Source: Octopus sinensis
Taxonomy: Eukaryota
Assembly: GCF_006345805.1 (NCBI RefSeq)
Contig: NW_021824537.1
Span: forward strand, 1-18,333
Length of the DNA: 18,333 nucleotides
Direction: 5' to 3'
Positions within the stretch are counted from its first letter, which is position 1. Every line of letters starts with the position of its first letter. The notes below the pieces were generated by a model. The model made no database searches, was not told where the DNA came from, and worked only from the letters and a program-made list of their open reading frames with translations. Below, in pieces: positions 11,140 through 18,333 of this stretch. A program made the translations under genes and the position numbers.

Positions 11140-11415
11140 AAAATACCTATAGACATATATAGAAGCAAACAGACCAATCAATATAAGTATATTTGTCTGT
11201 CTGTGACGGCAATAGAGTTCTATCAATCATCTGCTTTATCTTCTGGCCGCTAATTAGGAAATCTAATTCACAAATCTTCTCAGCGTGAAGCAATTAATTT
11301 CCCCGCGCCAGTTGTAAGCTTATTATGCTCAATTCACGAAAAATTAGGACTCCATCATGACAAGGATGTAATTATATGGTCGTCTTCACTCTCTATTCTT
11401 TCTTTCTGTTTTGAT

Positions 11416-11422
11416 ATATATA

Positions 11423-11464
<42 letters not shown>

Positions 11465-11488
11465 GATAGATAGATAGATAGATTATAG

Positions 11489-11542
<54 letters not shown>

Positions 11543-11650
11543 CAGATATTCACACACAACACTCATATATATATGTATGTATATATATATATATATATAT
11601 ATATACTCATATATATATGTATATATTATATACATATACATATAATATTA
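11416..11650. repeat. (TA)n/(GATA)n compound microsatellite at the left PLE boundary
   Basis: Direct inspection. Confidence 0.95.
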
Positions 11651-11812
11651 TATATATATTTATGTGAAATAGAAAGATGAATAATCTTGTAGTAGATTAA
11701 TCAAAAGTTTAACCGATACCTTAGTAGCAAAAATCACAGCAGTGAACAGCACGGTTGGAGGTACAACCATCTGGCGTTGCAACCGTGCGTTGGTGCGGAT
11801 AATTGAAATTAA

Positions 11813-12687
11813 AACATTATTGGTGAATTGAAGAAATGGAGCTGAACGCAGATTGAACAGAAATCGTTTTTTATTTCATTCTACACGTGTTTCGAAAGGC
11901 AAAATTACCAAATCCGATTGAATAATGGGACCATATTGTGTCTTTCTCTTCAGGAAGAAAAAAGGAAATCCGTTGGAAAACAAAAACAGAACAGAGGCAG
12001 AGCAAAAACAAATCGAACTGTGCTCCTAAGAGCCCTTGGCGAAACTGTTTATCAGTGTATGTTGAGAACCGGTGGCTGAAGAATTCAACAGGTCAGGCAT
12101 CGGTCAAACATGTGGGTGAGGGTGTATAGATGTTCTTTGTGACCGAGAATAAAGTTCTGACTATTTAAAGAATATTGGATGTTTTATAAGGGCGAGAAAA
12201 AATCTACTACAGACGTGTGTGTGTGTGTATACTGTTCTATATATGTGTGTGTTGGCGTAGGGGTAGAAAACATTTTTTGTGTACGTGTGTGCGTTTGATC
12301 GTTCGGCTGTCAGTGGCTACTGCCGTGATAACCGTTGGGTGGCAGAAAGAAAAAAAATAAAGAAATTATATATATATATTTTATGTTTATGTGTGTGTGT
12401 GTGTGTTCATCTAAGCCTACCTTGACAAGGAAACCCCCCGCTGTGAAAAACAAGAGCCCCGTTGTCTTACAGGAGTAATTTCCCTTGCAGTGGTTAATTG
12501 TAGATATCTTAAATCTATTTCAGATTTGTTACCAAGGGCTATGGGTGCCGGTCTTATTTATAAACGCTATTTAAAGGCCAGATAAGTGTAACGCCGCCAA
12601 TGGGGCATCGAAAAGCCGACTGTAAGAGCCCGTTTACCATCCGGCCTCTGGCAAACAAAATATGGAAGAGTTCGGAGACACAAAGGT
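11813..12687 (-). repeat. Left arm of ~875-bp inverted repeat (PLE 3' end / pseudo-LTR)
   Basis: Reverse complement matches 14546-15418 end to end, from ACCTTTGTGTC to TTCACCAATAATGTT. Differences are almost all 1-bp indels. Confidence 0.97.
11874..11960 (-). ncRNA. Type-I hammerhead ribozyme in the left PLE arm
   Basis: Reverse complement of the same motif: TCTTCAG 11947-53 (CUGAAGA), TTTC 11890-93 (GAAA), ACACGTGT 11883-90, predicted cut between 11882 and 11881. Confidence 0.83.
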
Positions 12688-13210
12688 TGCACTGTCTTCT
12701 GCCCCTATCAAATGGGAGGGCCACCGACAAAATTGACCATTCCAGCCTATAGCTTAAGTTCGCATCCTTCAGTCGCCATATTAGCTTACTGAGTCCCGTG
12801 GTCTGGCGCTTGTTCACGTCCCGAAAAGTTGCGTAATGGTTGGAGACACGCAAAGACAATCTTGAGGATGATGCCCCTATATAAGTGAAGGCATCTGAGT
12901 CCGTGTGAACCTTGCATTGGTAGACGGCGTTTCTGATCTTGGAGTTCGCCGACGTGAATCTTACTCTGCTAGGATTGGTTTCTGAAATTAGAACTGCGTT
13001 CCTGTCACTATATTCGTTCCGAGACCTGCAGCCGCTTACTACTCTATTTTCCACTACGTCACTATTAACTATAGGAATAATCCCTGATTCTCCACTATCT
13101 ATCAGAGTGCTGTCATTGCTACTGCCCGTGGTACTGCTATTGCGGGAAATGATGCTGGGGATGCTAAAGGGGCTCTCTACCCTACTCATTGTTACCATCA
13201 ACCACAACAC
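12554..13210 (-). CDS. C-terminal part of the PLE polyprotein: low-complexity linker plus GIY-YIG endonuclease
   Basis: Supplied 218-aa ORF contains AVYQCKV (VY 12925-12920), TYIG (YIG 12883-12875), RVSNH, LSKLIWRLKD, EWSIL and CNLCVSE (CNLC 12691-12680). The duplicate arm gives the probable true C-terminus RCPHWRRYTYLAFK* (stop equivalent at 12567-12569). The Met start is not a true start; this is part of a longer broken ORF. Confidence 0.9.
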   Translation of the reverse strand: MLWLMVTMSRVESPFSIPSIISRNSSTTGSSNDSTLIDSGESGIIPIVNSDVVENRVVSGCRSRNEYSDRNAVLISETNPSRVRFTSANSKIRNAVYQCKVHTDSDAFTYIGASSSRLSLRVSNHYATFRDVNKRQTTGLSKLIWRLKDANLSYRLEWSILSVALPFDRGRRQCNLCVSELFHILFARGRMVNGLLQSAFRCPIGGVTLIWPLNSVYK

Positions 13211-13321
13211 CCCTATTTATAACTATACCCCTAGTGGGTACTCCCTGGCTGGAGCTGAGATTATGTGTCACTGTACTGGCTCTCATATCATTATTACTAC
13301 TATAATTATTCCTACTGAGCA

Positions 13322-13560
13322 TTAAACCGGGAGCGGAAGAGCTGTGCCTCCGGAAAAAGGTGATAGGGTCTTAGTAAGTAGCCTATTATTATGGGAGGCG
13401 ATTATCTGGGCGAGGTTTTTAGTGTTGGAGAAAGCTATCCTAACTTTATGTGAGTTAACCGTGGAGTAATATTTGGAATTTCTGGGGAAGTTATTGGCGA
13501 TGGCTTGTCTAAACATGAGGGGGAGGTTAGTTCTAATCTGCTTACCAAGGGGATTACAAA
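13322..13560 (-). pseudogene. PLE post-thumb conserved linker segment
   Basis: NPLGKQIRTNLPLMFRQAIANNFPRNSKYYSTVNSHKVRIAFSNTKNLAQIIASHNNRLL resembles the WFNPP..TN...HFP...N...K.SYS...N...II..HN segment I recall from PLE ORFs. It overlaps supplied ORF 13322..13516. Confidence 0.75.
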
Positions 13561-13806
13561 CTATATATGCTTATTCCTATCAGTGTGATGGGTCGGGACG
13601 CCAGCTCTCGCATTTGGGTGGTGATTCTCGGATGAATAACGGGTCTTGGGTAGTGTAAGACCTCCCGGACCGATAATTATCCTTGTTCGCTAAATTAATG
13701 CGGGAGCGACTACCCCGGTATCCGCCGCGCTCCCGTCCTTACTTAAAATGTTAATGTTATTATATACGGCCCTATCCTGATGACCGAATGATGGCATCGG
13801 AAGGGC

Positions 13807-14545
13807 CGGATCAATATAAATTACCTTCTGCCTATAACCGGCCTTGGATAGTGCGGCGTTATAAAATCCGCTTTCTGCATAAAAATATCGGCACTGGCGG
13901 ACAGGCCAGACAATCTTAGAGAGATGTTTTTAACCAAATTGTCTGTTACGGTTTTGGCATGATTTGAGAAGACACTGACATACTTCAATTAGTGGAAGGC
14001 TTATGGTAAGGGCAGTATGAGTCGCTATTAAGGTTAAGTGTAACGTCTAGGAAATTAGCCTTGGTGAGTTCGTTATCAAAAACTATACTCATGCCCATTC
14101 TATTAAAAAACCTAGCTAACCTGCTCTTAGTTTTTCTGCACTATTCTGTTCGTGGTGTTTTGCAGGTAAAACAGACAATCGTCACGATACAGGCCGCCCG
14201 CGATCCCGGAATTGATCGGACAATTCGTAGAGAATATATATTCCGACCAAATCGGCTATCTGCGCACTATCCGAACTACCCATAGGCACATCAAATTCAT
14301 TGGGAGTATCCTTAGGATCCACAGCTTATTATCAAACTTAATAAACGATTTCCTGGCAACTAATGATATCTATCTCTTCTCTGGTGAGGCCTGCCTTGTT
14401 GTGAGCATGCCAGAGGGCCTTATTTAGCACACTAGGTTAATCGAGGGGTAGAAGCTGGCGATATCAAACTGAATGAACCTAGTACGGTTCTTATTGGGGA
14501 TGGAGAGAACCACTTCACTACCGCGAGGAGTTGGCCCAGAGGCTG
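13807..14545 (-). pseudogene. PLE reverse transcriptase core and thumb, N-terminally truncated and frameshifted
   Basis: Hand translation across 1-bp frameshifts gives RFIQFDIASFYPSI (FDIASFYPSI 14468-14439), FDVPMGSSDSAQIADLVGIYIL (FDVPMG 14295-14278), GGLYRDD (YRDD 14189-14178), ANFLDVTLNL (NFLDV 14056-14042), then thumb YCPYHKPSTN..YVSVFSNHAK..NISLRLS..YNAALSKAGY. Motif order and spacing fit PLE RTs. Confidence 0.93.
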
Positions 14546-15418
14546 ACCTTTGTGTCCCGAACTCTTCCATATTTTTGTTTGCCAGAGGCCGGATGGTAAA
14601 CGGGCTCTTACAGTCGGCTTTTCGATGCCCCCATTGGCGGCGTTACACTTATCTGGCCTTTAAATAGCGTTTATAAATAAGACCGGCACCCATAGCCCTT
14701 GGTAACAAATTCTGAAATAGATTTAAGATATCTACATTAACCACTGCAGGGAATTACTCCTGTAAGACAAACGGGCTTGTTTTTTCACAGCGGGGGGTTT
14801 CCTTGTCAAGGTAGGCTTAGATGAACACACACACACACACACATAAAACATAAAATATATATATATAATTTCTTTATTTTTTTTTCTTTCTGCCACCCAA
14901 CGGTTATCACGCAGTAGCCACTGACAGCCGAACGATCAAACGCACACACGTACACAAAATGTTTTCTACCCCTACGCCAACACACACATATATAGAACAG
15001 TATACACACACACACGTCTCTAAGTAGATTTTTTCTCGCCCCTTATAAAACATCCAATATTCTTAAATAGTCAGAACTTTATTCTCGGTCACAAAAGAAC
15101 ATCTATACACCCTCACCCACATGTTTGACCGATGCCTGACCTGTTGAATTCTTCAGCCACCGGTTCTCAACATACACTGATAAACAGTTTCGCCAAGGGC
15201 TCTTAGGAGCACAGTTCGATTTGTTTTTGCTCTGCCTCTGTTCTGTTTTTTGTTTTTCCACGGATTTCCTTTTTTCTTCCTGAAGAGAAAGACACAATAT
15301 GGTCCCCTTATTCAATCGGATTTTGGTAATTTGTGCCTTTCGAAACACGTGTAGAATGAAATAAACGATTTCTGTTCAATCTGCGTTCAGCTCATTTCTT
15401 CAATTCACCAATAATGTT
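14546..15418 (+). repeat. Right arm of ~875-bp inverted repeat (inverted copy of PLE 3' end)
   Basis: Starts inside the CNLC codons of the endonuclease, is fused directly to the truncated RT at 14545/14546, and ends at the (TA)n tract at 15419. Confidence 0.97.
15273..15361 (+). ncRNA. Type-I hammerhead ribozyme in the right PLE arm
   Basis: Stem I 5' TTTCTTC 15273-79; CUGAAGA 15280-86; stem II GAAAGACACAA 15287-97 pairs with TTGTGCCTTTC 15331-41 (one A.C mismatch); GAAA 15342-45; palindromic stem III ACACGTGT 15345-52; GUA triplet with predicted cut after 15353; stem I 3' GAA(U)GAAA 15354-61. Confidence 0.85.
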
Positions 15419-15447
15419 ATATTATATATATATAATATATACTCATA

Positions 15448-15485
<38 letters not shown>

Positions 15486-15507
15486 CTATATATATATATA
15501 TATACAC

Positions 15508-15549
<42 letters not shown>

Positions 15550-15570
15550 TATATAATATATATATATATA
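15419..15570. repeat. Interrupted (TA)n at the right PLE boundary
   Basis: Direct inspection. Confidence 0.95.
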
Positions 15571-15890
15571 TTAGAAAAAAACACCTTTTATCAATTCAAA
15601 ATGAATAATTGAATACACCATCTAGAAAATTACATATAATAGAAAAGTTAAAATTAATATAACAATTGAAAAGTAAAGACTAAGTAAATTACAAAAATAT
15701 ATAATGTAATGTATGTAATAGGTAGAAAACAATGTATATACCTATTATATACATTATATCATTTTTGTAATTTACTTAATCTTTACTTTTAATTGTTATT
15801 TTTAATTTTAACTTTTCTATTATATGTAATTTTCTAGATGGTGTAATTTAATTATTCATTTTGAATTGATAAAGGTTTTTTTTCTAATAT
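15568..15890. repeat. AT-rich imperfect palindrome, ~150-bp arms, ~14-nt loop
   Basis: 15571-15724 pairs with 15739-15887, e.g. ACACCATCTAGAAAATTACATATAATAGAAAAGTTAAAATTA versus TAATTTTAACTTTTCTATTATATGTAATTTTCTAGATGGTGT. Confidence 0.92.
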
Positions 15891-15980
15891 TTTATATATA
15901 TATTATATTGTGTGGAATTTGATTTAGTATTTCTAAATTGAATTCTTTTTCCTTGTAAGTTTTGGATTTATTCCCTCAAT

Positions 15981-16036
<56 letters not shown>

Positions 16037-16129
16037 AATATATAATATAATGCATATATGCAGACATATATGCATATATGCAAATATATATGTACATACC
16101 TAAATATATATGTATATATACATGCATAT

Positions 16130-16322
16130 GTGGGTAGAGGACATCAAAAAAGGTAGACAAAATGGAAAACGAGAAAATAAAAAAAACATAGAAAACGTAC
16201 TTTTTTCGAACAACGAAAAAAAACAGAGAAACGAGAAAGACAACACAAAGAACATTCCCTTCATCAGTTGTCCCCTGTTTTATCTACTCCGCGTTTCGAA
16301 GTTACGAACAAGACGCGACTTC
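16130..16322 (-). repeat. Dispersed repeat shared with 1835-1985
   Basis: Minus strand reads ACTTCGAAACGCGGAGTAGATAAAACAGGGGACAACTGATGAAGGG then a T-rich tract, paralleling 1836-1985. Confidence 0.55.
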
Positions 16323-16424
16323 GTTAAAACCGTCCTTCCCGCAAAGCATATATATACATGCATATATTTATATATTATTTATTTTATTATATGATCGAAT
16401 GCTCCGCATCCTTTTCCAAGTATT

Positions 16425-16468
16425 TTACACACACACACACATACATACATATATATATATATATATTT

Positions 16469-16501
<33 letters not shown>

Positions 16502-16505
16502 GAGA
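16425..16505. repeat. (CA)n/(TA)n/(GA)n compound microsatellite
   Basis: Direct inspection. Confidence 0.95.
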
Positions 16506-16691
16506 GTTGGTGCATAATTTTTGCGCCTTTTTTCAACAAATTTTATTCAACAGAAACAATAACAATATTTAGCAAAAACATCTTTAAGCGACGGTCTGAC
16601 CGTCTGCCAAGTAAATGGGGAGCAATAATTGAAGTAGATGGTGAATATGCTCCGGAATAATTGTTTAAAGGTGTTTTTTGTTACAACCCAA
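16506..16691 (+). mobile_element. Internally deleted mariner remnant (5' TIR plus transposase C-terminus)
   Basis: GTTGGTGCATAATTTTTGCGCCTTTTT resembles Hsmar1/MADE1-type TIRs. The end of supplied ORF 16358..16660, FKRRSDRLPSKWGAIIEVDGEYAPE*, matches the mariner C-terminal GI..LP.RW...I..DG.Y pattern. A degenerate right end ACAACCCAA is followed by TA. Confidence 0.7.
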
Positions 16692-17013
16692 TATATGTGT
16701 GTGTATGCATGTATGTATGTATGTATGTATACATGTATGACCGCTCCACAACTGCTTGTAGGATTTAATGCGATCATCGGCGCCAATTTTTCGTAAGCGA
16801 TCTTCTGTTACTTTCTTTCGTCTGAAAGTCTATCGCTATAAATCATAACTTCGACCCCCCCCTTGCACTCTGCATTAAATATTGTCTGATGAGCGTGAGG
16901 AAAGCATAAGGTATGACGTAATTTAAATCATTTCATTATCGTCACGTTTTAAGATTCAAAGCCAGACAATCGCCTCATAATTTGCAATCGTTTCCTTTCT
17001 TTGTTTATCAAGA

Positions 17014-17320
17014 AACATTGCTTATTCCTTCTCGAGCCACGCCTGACTCATAAGGGCCGGTTTTGCGGTTTCCGTGGCGTATAGGTTCTCCGCCTGGACG
17101 AGACGCCGGTCCATCGCAGGTGAGCCGCAAGATGCAGGAGGAATGAGTGAGAGAAAGTTGTGGCAAAAGAGTCAGCAGAAGTTCGCCATTACCTTCTTCC
17201 AGAGCCGCATGGAGCTTAGTTTTTTCGCTCATAAAGACACACATCGCCCGGTCTGAGATTCGAACCTGCGATCTCTCGACCGCGAGTCCGCTGCTCTAAC
17301 CATTAGGCCCTGTGCCTCCA
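17014..17320 (-). mobile_element. tRNA-derived SINE with a family-A-like head and a different 3' half
   Basis: 17150-17320 aligns by eye with the 5' ~170 bp of family A; the remainder does not. 9-bp TSD TTATCAAGA at 17005-13 and 17321-29. Confidence 0.85.
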
Positions 17321-17413
17321 TTATCAAGAGACATGTGTATACTTAAAAAATAATAAATGATAATAATGTGTTTTGAACGGCACAACAATAAGAACAATGG
17401 GCTATGATAACTA

Positions 17414-17621
17414 ATGTAATTTAATTATCCATAGTCTGATATAATATTTCGGAATATAAAAATTCCTTCTTCAGATAACCCTAGGAATTGATCGAGTCAC
17501 TACTACAATCAACTGTGGAAAATCGATACTAGCTACGACTCGATCAATTCCTAGGGTTATCTGAAGAAGGAATTTTTATATTCCGAAATATTATATTTGA
17601 CTATGGATAATTAAATTACAT
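17414..17621. repeat. Palindrome with 85-bp arms (83/85 identical), 38-nt spacer, each arm with a hammerhead-like core
   Basis: 17414-17498 is the reverse complement of 17537-17621. CTGAAGA 17561-67, GGAAT/ATTCC stem and GAAA 17585-88 on +, mirrored on - at 17474-17447. Confidence 0.95.
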
Positions 17622-17622
17622 C

Positions 17623-18022
17623 AGGCGCAGGAGTGGCTGTGTGGTAAGTAGCTTGCGAACCAACCACATGGTTCCGGGTTCAGTCCCACTGCGTGGCATC
17701 TTGGGCAAGTGTCTTCTGCTATAGCCCCGGGCCGACCAAAGCCTTGTGAGTGGATTTGGTAGACGGAAACTGAAAGAAGCCTGTCGTATAAATGTGTATA
17801 TATAAGTGTGTGTGTATATGTTTGTGTGTCTGTGTTTGTCCCCCTAGCATTGCTTGACAACCGATGCTGGTGTGTTTATGTCCCCGTCACCTAGCGGTTC
17901 GGCAAAAAGAGAACGATAGAATAAGTACTGGGCTTACAAAGAATAAGTCCCGGGGTCGATTTTCTCGACTAAAGGTGGTGCTCCAGCATGGCCGCAGTCA
18001 AATGACTGAAACAAGAAAAGAG
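17623..18022 (+). mobile_element. tRNA-derived SINE (family B, CORE-like), full length
   Basis: A box TGGCTGTGTGG 17634-44 and B box GGTTCAGTCCC 17677-87. CTTGGGCAAGT segment recalls the CORE domain. Internal (TG)n, and a 3' end CTCCAGCATGGCCGCAGTCAAATGACTGAAACAAG shared with 2234-2452. Confidence 0.88.
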
Positions 18023-18333
18023 AGTTAGTATAGTCCATTGTTGTTATTATAGATCATTATTGTGCCATTATTATTTATTATTTTCAGAAACAATACACAA
18101 TGCTTCAAGCGAACTACAATACTCTCCTATAGGTATATTTACTGTTAATCCCTACACATTTTATAATCCCTCCAATTTTTGTTTTATGCTTTTTTTGTTT
18201 CGTTCTCCTATTCTTTTCCTTCTCAAGCCTTTCTCTCGGAGACTCCAATTCTTCTGGAGCTTGGAAATAATACATCCGTTCTTCATCTGCTATTTTCGTT
18301 AAATTCGAACTATACATACATTCATATATATAT

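Larger units (their letters stand above)
11650..15418 (-). mobile_element. Penelope-like retroelement (RT + C-terminal GIY-YIG), 5'-truncated, with inverted pseudo-LTR arrangement
   Basis: RT motifs at 14545-13807 and a GIY-YIG domain at ~12940-12567 on the minus strand. The element's 3' end (11813-12687) is repeated in inverted orientation at 14546-15418, and each arm has a hammerhead core. Both ends abut (TA)n. The left boundary is uncertain between 11650 and 11813. Confidence 0.92.

Noticed and set aside
11938-12129. Duplicate ORFs 11938..12129 (+) and 15103..15348 (-); also 12939..13325 (+) and 14061..14427 (+)
   Set aside because: Antisense to the PLE or its 3' region; the duplication simply reflects the inverted repeat.
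13778-13805. CTGATGA followed by a CCGA/TCGG hairpin on + inside the PLE
   Set aside because: Followed by AAGG rather than GAAA, antisense to the element and within coding sequence; likely chance.
11813-15418. Inverted repeat as a long-read fold-back artefact
   Set aside because: The 1.86-kb spacer is coherent RT/EN sequence and the geometry matches known inverted-pLTR PLE insertions. An artefact is not excluded without raw reads but is less likely.
1872-16786. Numerous supplied ORFs rich in YIYI, MYVC, HTYI (e.g. 1872, 1998, 2044, 4114, 5562-6104, 9323-9798, 15414, 15933)
   Set aside because: Translations of TA/TACA/TG microsatellites, open in several frames and on both strands; no protein signal.
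4681-16993. Identical 13-mer TTTGCAATCGTTT near two SINEs (4681 and 16981)
   Set aside because: A few 13-mer matches are expected by chance in 18 kb, and the two lie on opposite ends of their SINEs.
18114-18317. 67-aa Lys/Glu-rich ORF on -
   Set aside because: Short, compositionally biased, no motif or clear splice signals.

Overview
AT-rich, microsatellite-dense eukaryotic DNA with no intact recognisable host gene. The SINE families resemble, from recall, those of octopus/cephalopod genomes (inference). The main feature is a 5'-truncated Penelope-like retroelement (PLE) on the minus strand (~11650-15418). It has a frameshifted reverse transcriptase (FDIASFYPSI / FDVPMG / YRDD / NFLDVT), a long Ser/Asn-rich linker and a C-terminal GIY-YIG endonuclease. 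It is bracketed by ~875-bp inverted repeats (11813-12687 and 14546-15418), each carrying a complete type-I hammerhead ribozyme core pointing outward. Three further long palindromes occur (10.65, 15.57 and 17.41 kb); the last has outward-facing hammerhead-like cores, like a miniature of the PLE layout. The rest is tRNA-derived SINEs (three with target-site duplications, two nested in other repeats), four decayed Tc1/mariner pieces, large TA/TACA/GATA microsatellites and one candidate minus-strand coding exon (3432-3588). Most ORFs in the supplied track are microsatellite artefacts. All alignments and folds were done by eye; no searches were run.
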